This document shows positions 49,705 to 58,690 of a DNA stretch of 64,000 nucleotides, piece after piece. Both the position numbers and the translations under genes were made by a program. The notes beneath the pieces were generated by a model. The model was not told the origin of the DNA. It did not search any database and worked only from the letters and a program-made list of their open reading frames with translations. This stretch comes from Clostridiales bacterium (GTDB lineage Bacteria; Bacillota; Clostridia; Oscillospirales; Acutalibacteraceae), in the NCBI GenBank assembly GCA_012840445.1, contig DULI01000006.1:63240-127239 (forward strand), read 5' to 3'. Numbering within the stretch: the first letter of the stretch is position 1; every line of letters starts with the position of its first letter.

Positions 49705-49737
49705 AACCGCACCCCGTAAGTTGGGGTGCGGTTTTTT
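49705..49737 (+). terminator. intrinsic terminator
   Basis: AACCGCACCCC-GTAAGT-TGGGGTGCGGTTTTTT. Confidence 0.75.
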
Positions 49738-49741
49738 GTTA

Positions 49742-50572
49742 TCAAAGCGCTATTTCTCCATTTGCGTATTCAAGAAGAAACTTGCAAACACCGTCGCTGT
49801 CGTTGCTCGGAATAACTATATCGGCTATCTCCAAAACCTTCGGGTGCCCGTTTTCCACCACCACGGCAACATCAGAATTCTGCAGCATTTCAAGGTCGTT
49901 TAAATTGTCCCCGAAGGCAACTACCCTGTCAAACCCGTAAGTATGTTTTAAAAATTCAACTCCGTTCCATTTGCCGGCGCCGCTTGAGAACACCTCCATA
50001 AAATAAAACCCATCGCTGTAGCTGTCCGGATAATAGGCAAACGAAATCCCATCAATTTCGAAAAGTTTGGCCGCAACCGGGTCCAAATTCTGCGGTTTGT
50101 CAAGGCCGTTTATATAAATGATTTTATCATCAACCGTAAAATCCTTTACCTTTACAAAACTTTTGTATTTGTTGACCCTCTCTTCAACAAAGGAAGCCTC
50201 ATACTCGCTGGTGGTGGCAATATACTGCACATTTATCCCGCCTCCGTCAAACCTGTACACAAAAGGCGGGCGCCCGGAATTTAAAAAAGCGTCAATCACC
50301 TTTTGGGCCACCGGCCGCTCAAAATAATTTATGCGCAGATACTCACACGCCGCAATATTTGTAATAAACACCCCGTTCATCATAACTGCGGGGAGTTTCA
50401 GCCGCAGACCGTCAATAATCCCTTTGGCGGAAGCCATCGACCGGGATGTGGCAAGCGTAAAGGAAATCCCTTCTTCCATAAGTGTGTTTAGTGTTTTTAA
50501 GGAAAAATCGGAAATTTTAGCATCCGAATTCAATAAAGTCCCATCCAAATCCGACACAAAAAGGGTTTTCAA
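49742..50572 (-). CDS. Cof-type HAD-IIB family hydrolase
   Basis: FVSDLDGTLL motif I, TLATSR, and GDNLNDLEML motif III. GGAG RBS lies 7 nt before the TTG at 50572; the longest ORF starts at 50596, also TTG. Confidence 0.8.
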   Translation of the reverse strand: MKTLFVSDLDGTLLNSDAKISDFSLKTLNTLMEEGISFTLATSRSMASAKGIIDGLRLKLPAVMMNGVFITNIAACEYLRINYFERPVAQKVIDAFLNSGRPPFVYRFDGGGINVQYIATTSEYEASFVEERVNKYKSFVKVKDFTVDDKIIYINGLDKPQNLDPVAAKLFEIDGISFAYYPDSYSDGFYFMEVFSSGAGKWNGVEFLKHTYGFDRVVAFGDNLNDLEMLQNSDVAVVVENGHPKVLEIADIVIPSNDSDGVCKFLLEYANGEIAL

Positions 50573-50719
50573 ACTAACACTCCGTTTCCCCGGCAAGCGC
50601 GCCGGCTGTTTTAGGTTCGCAACTATTCTATCATAAAGTTTTCCATATTACAAACAGCGGCAAAAAAGCTTTTATTAAAATTTATTATTCACATCAAGCA
50701 TTAAAAATTATAAAAATTT

Positions 50720-50949
50720 AAGCGAAACGGTTTTCCCGTTTCGCTTATAATCTCTTTCATTTCCCGCCCTGCCGTTGGCAGCTAATGATAACCTGCAAAT
50801 GGCAGGTGGGTGCCCTCCCCACGGGTTCACGCTCCCTTCGTCCGCCGCAGCGGGAGGTCTGCAATCCGCCGCAGGAGCCCGGGCTCCCTATAATATTGTT
50901 GTAGGGTTATAAAAGCCACAACCGCGCACAGGGCAGGAATTATTATTCT
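50720..50949 (-). ncRNA. candidate structured small RNA (6S-like architecture; identity unconfirmed) with its own terminator
   Basis: A GC-rich island sits in a 390-nt AT-rich intergenic region. TATAAT is on the minus strand at 50961-50956. A long interrupted closing helix pairs 50939-50929 with 50771-50761, 50910-50905 with 50793-50788, and includes GTTG/CAAC. Several internal hairpins are present. Terminator hairpin 50746-50720 is followed by a U-rich tract. Confidence 0.45.
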
Positions 50950-50985
50950 GGTAATATTATATGCACAAAGGCTTTAATGTTTTAT

Positions 50986-51282
50986 TTATTTTTCGTCAAT
51001 TTCAAATAGATCCTGCAAGCGGTCAATGAATATTTCTACAATCGATTCGTATTCGTCATCGTCCTCAATTTCCTCGAAATACTCCTCGCCGTTTTCCTCA
51101 ATGGATTTCAGGACTACCAGCTCCCCGCTGTCTTCAAGCATATCCTGCGGATTTTCGTATATCGGAAGCAACGCGATATATCTGCCGGTATCAGTCTCAA
51201 TGCTGTCAAGCAGTTCAAAGGAAAACTCGTTGCCTTCCTCGTCTGTAAGTGTCATAATGTCGGGATTGTATTCTTTATCCAT
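50986..51282 (-). CDS. DUF1292 family protein
   Basis: 98-aa acidic protein with LTDEEGNEFSFELLDSIE...RYIALLP, characteristic of DUF1292. GGAGG RBS. Confidence 0.85.
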   Translation of the reverse strand: MDKEYNPDIMTLTDEEGNEFSFELLDSIETDTGRYIALLPIYENPQDMLEDSGELVVLKSIEENGEEYFEEIEDDDEYESIVEIFIDRLQDLFEIDEK

Positions 51283-51556
51283 CTTATTTCCTCCGCCGTA
51301 AATTCAGGGCTTTTGCTTGTATATTTTAACCCTATAATTTATTATAGTCAAGCGAAAATAATTTGTAAATTTATTATGCAAATTTCAGTTATATTATATA
51401 TTTTTATTTTACAACTTTAGTCAGATTTTATAACCAGCATATTTTTTACACTCTTGTATAAGTGTTTCCGGTTTGGTAAAATAAATACAAATTTTTATAA
51501 CGCAAGCTTCGAAAAGCTGGTTCAGCCTCAAACGCAAAAACAGCCGGAGGAACAGC

Positions 51557-52312
51557 ATGAGTTTTAGAAGGATAATTCCATGCCTGGACATAAAAAACGG
51601 CCGCGTGGTAAAAGGAGTCAGTTTTGTCAATCTCAAAGACGCCGGCGACCCTGTGGCATGCGCCAAAGCCTATTGCCAGGCGGGCGCCGACGAACTGGTG
51701 GCCCTTGACATCACCGCTTCTACCGAAAACCGCAAAACCATTATCGACGTGGTAAGACAGATAGCAGAGAATATCAGCATACCTTTAGCCGTAGGCGGCG
51801 GGATAAGCGATATAGAGGATATCTCCAACCTGTTAAATGCGGGTGCGTGTAAAGTGTCCATCAACACTGCTGCTGTTAAAAACCCCGGCCTGATAAGCCG
51901 GGCGGCGGAGAGATTTGGCAGCCACCGCGTAGTCTGCGCGATAGACGCAAAGAAAAACGGCAACAGGTTTGAAGTATACATAAAGGGCGGCCAAACACCC
52001 GCTGGGATTGACGCGGTCGAATGGGCCCGCAAGGCGGAGAGCCTCGGTGCCGGCGAAATTCTGCTGACCAGCATCGACCGGGACGGCACCAAATGCGGGT
52101 ATGACATAGTGCTTACCCGCTCGGTGGCAGACGCGGTTTCAATCCCGGTAATTGCCAGCGGCGGGGCGGGAAATATTGGGCACTTTAAGGAGGTATTCGA
52201 GCAGGCACACGCCGACGCAGCGCTTGCAGCTTCACTTTTCCACTTCAGGGAGGTAGACATAAGGGAGCTTAAAAAGCACCTTAAAAACTTCAACATACCG
52301 GTCAGAATATGA
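51557..52312 (+). CDS. hisF: imidazole glycerol phosphate synthase cyclase subunit
   Basis: [22 protein letters not shown] and ASGGAG. It has the length and motifs of canonical HisF. Confidence 0.9.
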   Translation: MSFRRIIPCLDIKNGRVVKGVSFVNLKDAGDPVACAKAYCQAGADELVALDITASTENRKTIIDVVRQIAENISIPLAVGGGISDIEDISNLLNAGACKVSINTAAVKNPGLISRAAERFGSHRVVCAIDAKKNGNRFEVYIKGGQTPAGIDAVEWARKAESLGAGEILLTSIDRDGTKCGYDIVLTRSVADAVSIPVIASGGAGNIGHFKEVFEQAHADAALAASLFHFREVDIRELKKHLKNFNIPVRI

Positions 52313-52361
52313 ATACAGACGCATAAATTTTAATGTAATCTTAACGCAAGGAGAATTATAT

Positions 52362-53036
52362 ATGTTGCAAGTAACACGTTTTTTTGATTTAGACAAAACA
52401 ATAGCCTCTGGTATTTTCGAAGGGGTGGATTATCCCTGGCAGGTGCTGCCAAAAATTGGCGAATTTATAAAAGCGCTGGGGCCAACTTTACCCAAAGAGG
52501 AATATGAACAGGCCGGTGAATACATTTGGATTTCCAAGACCGCCAGCATAATGCCCAGTGCGCACATTTCCGGGCCCTGTATCATTGACCATAACGCCGA
52601 GGTTCGCCACTGCGCCTTTATCCGCGGCAACGCAATAATCGGCAAAAACTCCGTGGTGGGAAACTCCACCGAAATCAAAAACGCCATTCTTTTTGACGGC
52701 GTGCAGGTGCCGCACTACAACTACGTGGGCGACTCGATACTGGGATACAAGTCCCACATGGGCGCAGGCGCCATTACCTCTAATGTAAAGTCAGACAAAA
52801 GCCTTGTCAAAATCAATATCGACGGGCAGGTAATCGAAACCGGGCTTAAAAAATTCGGCGCCATTATCGGGGATAATGTAGAAATCGGCTGTGGCACGGT
52901 ATTAAACCCCGGAAGCGTCGTTGGAAAAAACACCAATATCTACCCGCTGTCATTGGTACGCGGGTTTGTAAAGGAAAACTGCATATACAAAAACAAAGTA
53001 ACAACCGTATGCGAAATAGTCGAAAAACAGCCTTAA
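52362..53036 (+). CDS. left-handed beta-helix (hexapeptide-repeat) protein, GlmU C-terminal-like
   Basis: Successive hexapeptide turns (IIDHNAEVRHCAFIRGNAIIGKNSVVGNSTEIKNAILFDGVQVPHYNYVGDSILG...). There is no N-terminal nucleotidyltransferase domain. Confidence 0.65.
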   Translation: MLQVTRFFDLDKTIASGIFEGVDYPWQVLPKIGEFIKALGPTLPKEEYEQAGEYIWISKTASIMPSAHISGPCIIDHNAEVRHCAFIRGNAIIGKNSVVGNSTEIKNAILFDGVQVPHYNYVGDSILGYKSHMGAGAITSNVKSDKSLVKINIDGQVIETGLKKFGAIIGDNVEIGCGTVLNPGSVVGKNTNIYPLSLVRGFVKENCIYKNKVTTVCEIVEKQP

Positions 53037-53128
53037 TTGGCAATTTGATAAAACGGTTGCTATTGCCTTGAATTTAAGCTAAAATATTAATTAAAGAGTT
53101 AACATTTCTTTGTAAGGGGAATATTGAA

Positions 53129-53644
53129 ATGGAAAGCTGGGATATTTTAAATGAAAGGGGAAAGGCAACCGGGAAAACCGTAGTACGCGGAAGCGTTCAG
53201 CTAAATCCGGGCGAATACCATCTGGTAGTACACATATGGGTTGTGGGCAGCGATGGACGGCTGCTGATACAGCGGCGCTCCAAGAACAAGCTGCTTATGC
53301 CCGGGGAATGGGCTGCTACCGGCGGCGCGGCAATTTCGGGGGAAACCTCTGTCGATGCCGCAATACGCGAACTGTACGAGGAACTTAGCATCAAGGCCGA
53401 TAAGAATGATATGGTCTTTGTAAAACGGCTTACCAGAAGGAATTCATTTGTAGATATCTGGCTTACAAAAACGGATATTGACATTTCCGATTTAAAGCTT
53501 CAAAAATCCGAGGTTTCGGCAATCAAATGGGTCACGGTCGAGGAACTGAACCAAATGATAAAATCGGGCGATTTTCACAATTACGGAAGCGACTATTTCG
53601 AAACGGTGCTCGGAGCTATTTCCAATCTGAATTCTGGTCTTTAA
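53129..53644 (+). CDS. NUDIX hydrolase
   Basis: Nudix box GGAAISGETSVDAAIRELYEELSI. Confidence 0.85.
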   Translation: MESWDILNERGKATGKTVVRGSVQLNPGEYHLVVHIWVVGSDGRLLIQRRSKNKLLMPGEWAATGGAAISGETSVDAAIRELYEELSIKADKNDMVFVKRLTRRNSFVDIWLTKTDIDISDLKLQKSEVSAIKWVTVEELNQMIKSGDFHNYGSDYFETVLGAISNLNSGL

Positions 53645-53664
53645 AGCTGAAAGGAGTCAGCTAA

Positions 53665-54581
53665 TTGGCATTAAAACTTGAAGGGCAACAGTGCCCTGTT
53701 TGCAAAAGCTATCTTTTCGAGGACGACGATATAGTATTCTGCCCCGAATGCGGGGCTCCCCACCATAGGGGATGCTATAAAAAACTCGGCCACTGCGGCC
53801 TTGAAAACTACCACGGTACCGGACAGCCAAACAGGAATAATTTCCATTCCGAAACAGGCAATACATACAGGTGCGGCAGGTGCGGCCGCAGCATTTCAAC
53901 TGGCGCGGCATACTGCCCCTATTGCGGAAACCCATTGTTTGCAGGCTATTCAAAAACGCCTCCTTTTGGGTACAATGTCTTTTTCGACCCCTACGGGGGA
54001 GTGTCCCCTTCCGACCGGATAGAAGACGTGCCTGCAGAGGACATTAAGAATTTTGTGGCATACAACACCCAAAGGTACCTGCCGCTTTTCAAGTCCCTGT
54101 CAAAAAGGCACAGGGCAAATTGGAATTTCGCGGCCTTCTTCTTTCCCGAAGGCTGGTTTTTCTTTCGCAAGCAATATAGATTCGGCGTTATTGCAATGCT
54201 TTTTTTAATCGTAGCGGGTTTGTGCGAACTCCCTCTGGTTATGGAGCTTGATAACCTCCGTTCCATGCTGCCAATAAAAACGCCACCCAGCAGCAGCTGT
54301 TTCAATTCCTGTATCAAAACATGGACAAAATAGGCATGTTCCCCATAATAATGGCATTTGTCAGCATAGCCATTTCACTGGCGGTAAGGTTTACCTGCGC
54401 AATACTTGGGGATTATCTCTACCGCAACCATGTAATCTCAAACATTAAACATATAAAATATAGCTCAGAGGATTACGACACTGAAATCGTCAGAAAGGGC
54501 GGTATCAGCCCCATTTGGTTTGGAGCAGCAATACTGCTTACCAGGTTTCTGCCTGGCCTTCTTGGAACACTAATACTTTAG
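53665..54581 (+). pseudogene. zinc-ribbon / DUF2628-like membrane protein, interrupted by a 1-nt frameshift at an A5 run
   Basis: Two overlapping ORFs, 53665-54333 and 54321-54581. The +1 frame after A5 (54276-54280) reads ...PIKNATQQQLFQFLYQNMDKIGMFP... and continues into ORF2. ORF2 aligns with the C-terminus of the paralog at 54716-55621. Confidence 0.6.
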
Positions 54582-54715
54582 CACTTATTTAGACCGGTGC
54601 CACACGCCGGCATTTATCTATTTACCTTACCCGCAATTTACTTTAAAAAAATAAGATTAAATGCTTAAAATAGCCAGTTTCAGGCTTATCAATAAATTTA
54701 CGGGGAGGATATTTA

Positions 54716-55621
54716 ATGACAGATCAAAATCAAGCCGAGAAAAAAATCTGCAGTGCGTGCGGCACCGAAAATGAACCTGAATATGCCTTCTGCAAAAACT
54801 GCGGAAACAGTCTCAACCAGTCACAAAATGCCTCTGATTCCAGCGCCAACACCGGCACTAACACCCACGCTTATACCAACCAAACCGCGTGGACAAATCC
54901 GGGACAATATGCCTACGGTCCATACGGGTATCAGTACGGCGATATTAAGATTTCGGGCATTTCTGCCGACACTATGTCTGCGGCCATAGGCCCGAACGCC
55001 CACAAGTTTATGCCTAAATTCATGGAAATGGAGTTGGGTCACAAAAAAATCGGCTGGAACTGGACAGTTTTCCTGCTGGGTTTTCTGCTTGGTCTGCCTG
55101 CGGCGTCATGCTGGTTCTTTTATAGGAAAATATATAAAGTCGGTGCAATTGTACTGGCTGTAGGGTTGGCGCTCACTATCCTATCCACAATATTTATAGG
55201 CAATATCTTAACTACCTTGGCCGATTTTTATGAAGATTACAACGTCCAATACGGCATATCCTACAACGATGATTTTGAAATAGAAATCGATGACGACTTC
55301 TTGGTTGAAAATCCCGAATACATAACCCGCATGTTTAAGCCCACGATCTGGGCCTCGCTGATATCATTTGTCAATCTTGCGATTGTAATTGTAATATCCC
55401 TTTTCGCAAACGGCATATACAGGGACGAACTTATTAGGAAAATCACAAGGCTTAACGCCCGTTATCCGAACCTTGACCAATCCCAGCTTAGCAGATACTG
55501 CGGCACCAATACACTAGCAGCGGTGCTGGCAGGCGTAGCTGCCTTTATCGCCCATGTAGCCTTATTTTCATATCTTTTCTCCGTGTTTCTGGAAATGGCA
55601 GTTAATTTTGCAACATATTAA
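54716..55621 (+). CDS. zinc-ribbon / DUF2628-like membrane protein
   Basis: CSACGTENEPEYAFCKNCGNSL zinc ribbon, then KIGWNWTVFLLGF...WFFYRKIY and 4 TM helices. Confidence 0.7.
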   Translation: MTDQNQAEKKICSACGTENEPEYAFCKNCGNSLNQSQNASDSSANTGTNTHAYTNQTAWTNPGQYAYGPYGYQYGDIKISGISADTMSAAIGPNAHKFMPKFMEMELGHKKIGWNWTVFLLGFLLGLPAASCWFFYRKIYKVGAIVLAVGLALTILSTIFIGNILTTLADFYEDYNVQYGISYNDDFEIEIDDDFLVENPEYITRMFKPTIWASLISFVNLAIVIVISLFANGIYRDELIRKITRLNARYPNLDQSQLSRYCGTNTLAAVLAGVAAFIAHVALFSYLFSVFLEMAVNFATY

Positions 55622-55638
55622 TTTTGGAGAGAAGCAAT

Positions 55639-56511
55639 ATGAAGATTAAAAAAGCGGTTATACCGGCGGCAGGGCTTGGAACCCGCGTTTTGCCCATCTC
55701 AAAGTCCTTGCCCAAGGAAATGCTGCCAATTGTGGACAAACCTGCAATACAATATATAGTCGAAGAGGCCGTAAATGCCGGGATAACCGACATATTAATC
55801 ATTACAAACCGCGGCAAGCATGTTATCGAAGACCACTTTGACCACTCGTATGAGCTTGAAGATGTCCTTAAATCCAATAACCGTTCGGACCTGCTTAAGC
55901 AGGTTGAAGGTGTTTCGCAGCTTGCCAATATTTACTTCCTTCGCCAGAAGGAGACCAGGGGTTTGGGGCATGCGGTACTCTGCGCCAAAAGCTTTGTGGG
56001 GAACGAACCCTTCGCGGTACTTTACGGAGACGATGTAATAATTGGGCAGGACCCTGCCATTGCGCAGCTTTGCAGGGCTTATGAAAAATACGGGCTCGGC
56101 GTTGTTGGCATAAAAGAGGTGCCAAAACAGGACATTCACAGATACAGCTCCCTTAAAGTCGAGCATTTGGAAGGCAGCCTTTACCGTGTGTCCGATATGG
56201 TTGAAAAACCAGCTACTGAAGCCGAGGTACTGTCATACTTCTCTATACTCGGCCGGTGCATACTTCCCCCCGAAATCTTTGGCATCCTCGAAAACACGCC
56301 TTTAGGCGTGGGGGGCGAACTCCAGCTTACTGACGCCATGAAGACACTTACCCAAAAACAGGGAATGGTCGGCGTCGACTTTACCGGGGTGCGCTACGAT
56401 ATGGGGAACAAGCTCGGAATACTTCAGGCTAATATAGAAGTAGGCCTTACACATCCCGAAATCGGAAATGATTTAAGAAACTATTTAAAAGAGCTTGCAA
56501 AAACACTTTAA
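55639..56511 (+). CDS. galU: UTP--glucose-1-phosphate uridylyltransferase
   Basis: KAVIPAAGLGTRVLPISKSLPKEMLPIVDKP and VEKP. GGAGAGAAG RBS precedes the ATG at 55639. Confidence 0.9.
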   Translation: MKIKKAVIPAAGLGTRVLPISKSLPKEMLPIVDKPAIQYIVEEAVNAGITDILIITNRGKHVIEDHFDHSYELEDVLKSNNRSDLLKQVEGVSQLANIYFLRQKETRGLGHAVLCAKSFVGNEPFAVLYGDDVIIGQDPAIAQLCRAYEKYGLGVVGIKEVPKQDIHRYSSLKVEHLEGSLYRVSDMVEKPATEAEVLSYFSILGRCILPPEIFGILENTPLGVGGELQLTDAMKTLTQKQGMVGVDFTGVRYDMGNKLGILQANIEVGLTHPEIGNDLRNYLKELAKTL

Positions 56512-56513
56512 AA

Positions 56514-56537
56514 AGGCGGGATACCCGCCTTTTTTTA
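56514..56537 (+). terminator. intrinsic terminator
   Basis: AGGCGGG-ATA-CCCGCCT followed by TTTTTTT. Confidence 0.75.
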
Positions 56538-56763
56538 TGCCGCAGCTCAATTTTGAAAACGCTTTTATCGACATAAAAATCTTTTATTCTTTGCCTGCAG
56601 CCAAAAACTTCATTAATATTGCCAAAAGGCGATTATTTCCCATCTTTTTGTTGACTTAATATAGCGGTTTTGATAAATTATAAATGTCCTAATTACTGCT
56701 TGAAAGTAATATAATTTTATAAGAAAAAGCTTTAAAAACCTAAAGAAAGCGTGGGGCAAGAAT

Positions 56764-57615
56764 ATGGCAATTAAAATTTTAACCGACAGCAGCAGCGACC
56801 TGCCATTGGATTATATTAAAGCAAACGACATTGAAGTTCTGCCTTTAAAAGTCATTTTCGGCAACCAGTCCTACGACTCCGGGGTCAATCTTTCCACTGC
56901 CGAGTTTTATGAAAAATTAGCACAGGCCACCGAGCTTCCCAAAACCTCGCAGGTTGCCCCTGCCGAAATACAGGCCTGCCTTGAAAAATATGCGGCTTCC
57001 GATGACGAGCTTATCGCAATATTCATTTCTAGCAGAATGAGCGGCACATACCACACCGCCTGTAATATTTTAGAGGATTTAAAAGCAGACAACATATACA
57101 TAGTCGATTCGCAAACCGTCACCTTCGCACTGGCTGCCCTGGTAATGGAGGCCGTGCGGCTGCGCGACATGGGGCTTAGCGCAAAAGAGATTTACGAGAC
57201 TTTGGAACAGGTCAAAAACGATATAGCACTATACGCCGTCATCGGTGATCTTAAATACCTGCAAATGGGCGGGCGGCTTTCCACAACCGCTGCCTTCATT
57301 GGATCCATGCTCAATTTTAAGCCCATAATCACCATAAAAGACGGTCTTGTGGCGGTAATAGACAAGCAGCGCGGTTCCCTTCGCGCATACAAATCCATCA
57401 TGTCCTATGTGGAGAATGCCGGCATTGACCTTACACGGCCGCGGACATTTGGTCATACCAACTGCCCTGAACTGATGAACGAACTGATAGACCATTTTGC
57501 AAAGGCCTTCCCCGATATCGACACCAACACATTCGCCCGATGCGATATCGGTTCCACCGTCGGCGTCCATGTAGGCCCCGGCTCCGCAGGGCTTGCTTTC
57601 TTCAGAAAGAAATAA
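56764..57615 (+). CDS. DegV family fatty-acid-binding protein
   Basis: IKILTDSSSDLP, PKTSQ and ISSRMSGTY. Confidence 0.9.
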   Translation: MAIKILTDSSSDLPLDYIKANDIEVLPLKVIFGNQSYDSGVNLSTAEFYEKLAQATELPKTSQVAPAEIQACLEKYAASDDELIAIFISSRMSGTYHTACNILEDLKADNIYIVDSQTVTFALAALVMEAVRLRDMGLSAKEIYETLEQVKNDIALYAVIGDLKYLQMGGRLSTTAAFIGSMLNFKPIITIKDGLVAVIDKQRGSLRAYKSIMSYVENAGIDLTRPRTFGHTNCPELMNELIDHFAKAFPDIDTNTFARCDIGSTVGVHVGPGSAGLAFFRKK

Positions 57616-57655
57616 TCCCAGTCAAAAATTGGGTATGAATTTATAAAATTACTAC

Positions 57656-57684
57656 TTGACCCCTTGCAGGTAATATGTTATAAT
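57656..57684 (+). promoter_or_regulatory. sigma-A-type promoter of the rpmG-secE-nusG cluster
   Basis: TTGACC, 17-nt spacer, TATAAT. Confidence 0.55.
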
Positions 57685-57786
57685 TTTTTTACCTCTGCAA
57701 AGGGTCTTTTTTTTTGTACCCAAACAGGCGCACTTTTGCGCCGATTGAGGGAGGCTTAAAATTTCCGTAATACGGGAGGTGCCGTT

Positions 57787-57936
57787 ATGAGAGTAAAGAT
57801 TACCCTGGCTTGCACCGAATGCAAGCAGCGCAACTACAACACGATGAAGAACAAGAAGAATGATCCTGACAGGTTGGAAATGAATAAGTATTGCAGGTTC
57901 TGCAAAAAGCACACTCTCCACAGGGAAACCAAATAG
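57787..57936 (+). CDS. rpmG: 50S ribosomal protein L33
   Basis: Not in the ORF track because it is under 60 aa. Translates [58 protein letters not shown]. Confidence 0.9.
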   Translation: MRVKITLACTECKQRNYNTMKNKKNDPDRLEMNKYCRFCKKHTLHRETK

Positions 57937-57948
57937 GAGGCAGTAAAA

Positions 57949-58641
57949 ATGAAGGTTTTAAACAACATCTGCCGCGTGTTGGCATTGGTTCTTGCTGTAG
58001 GTGCGCTTGTGCTGTTCTTTTTAAGCTTTGTGTCAATAACCACTTCCGGTGGCGAACTTTTAAAGGTAACCGGTGCGCAACTGGGATTTGGCGGCAAAGT
58101 TACCACAACCACATTGGGCAAGGTGGACCTTGCCAAGTCATCGCAGATACTTTTCTGCTTCCTTTTAACCGCCATTGCAGCAATCCTTAGCGCCTTTTCC
58201 TTCAAGTTCAAATGGACACATGTTGCCGCACCTATAGTGGCTTTGGTTTCCGGTATCTACATGCTGGTAATTAGCCTCAGCAACCCTGTATTTTTTGTTG
58301 ATTACCGTCCCCTTACAATCGCGGGGCTTTCCTATGACCCTGTAATCTATTTTACAACGGCTGCCCTGTTGTTGGCTTCTGCATTTGGTATCGCCTCAAT
58401 ATTTCTTACCAATTACATTGGGGTTAAAGAATCCAAAGGCGCAAAAAAGACAATAAACCAGCATATTGTCTCCTTTTTAAGGGAATATAAAAGTGAGGTT
58501 AAGAAAATTGTCTGGCCGGGACCGAGGTCTGTGGTTAAAAATACCACAGTGGTACTCATCATCTGTCTGTTAATCGGGGCCTTCATATGGCTTCTGGATT
58601 TCGGCCTTAGCCAGCTGGTTAAACTGATACTGGGATCTTAA
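57949..58641 (+). CDS. secE: preprotein translocase subunit SecE with an N-terminal four-TM extension
   Basis: The C-terminal ~65 aa (VSFLREYKSEVKKIVWPGPRSVVKNTTVVLIICLLIGAFIWLLDFGLSQL) is a typical SecE. It is preceded by ~165 aa with 4 hydrophobic helices in the same ORF. It occupies the canonical rpmG-secE-nusG position. Confidence 0.75.
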   Translation: MKVLNNICRVLALVLAVGALVLFFLSFVSITTSGGELLKVTGAQLGFGGKVTTTTLGKVDLAKSSQILFCFLLTAIAAILSAFSFKFKWTHVAAPIVALVSGIYMLVISLSNPVFFVDYRPLTIAGLSYDPVIYFTTAALLLASAFGIASIFLTNYIGVKESKGAKKTINQHIVSFLREYKSEVKKIVWPGPRSVVKNTTVVLIICLLIGAFIWLLDFGLSQLVKLILGS

Positions 58642-58690
58642 GGCATGAAGAAAATTATTCGTGTAATGCGAAGGAATGGAGCTTGTTGAT

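Noticed and set aside
50761-50939. SRP RNA, RNase P RNA, tmRNA or cobalamin riboswitch identity for the GC-rich RNA
   Set aside because: It lacks the SRP helix-8 GGAA/AGCAGC motif, the RNase P P4 GAGGAAAGUCC motif, tmRNA tRNA-like ends and the B12 box / GCCACUG. The size also does not fit RNase P or tmRNA.
51421-51666. 81-aa minus-strand ORF
   Set aside because: It overlaps the hisF start and promoter region and has no RBS.
51670-52296. 208-aa minus-strand ORF
   Set aside because: It is an antisense shadow of hisF.
57685-57786. Possible attenuator hairpins in the rpmG leader (GGCGCA-CTTT-TGCGCC, and a weak stem before a T9 run)
   Set aside because: The stems are short with no clear alternative pairing. 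Recorded here but not supported as a regulatory element.
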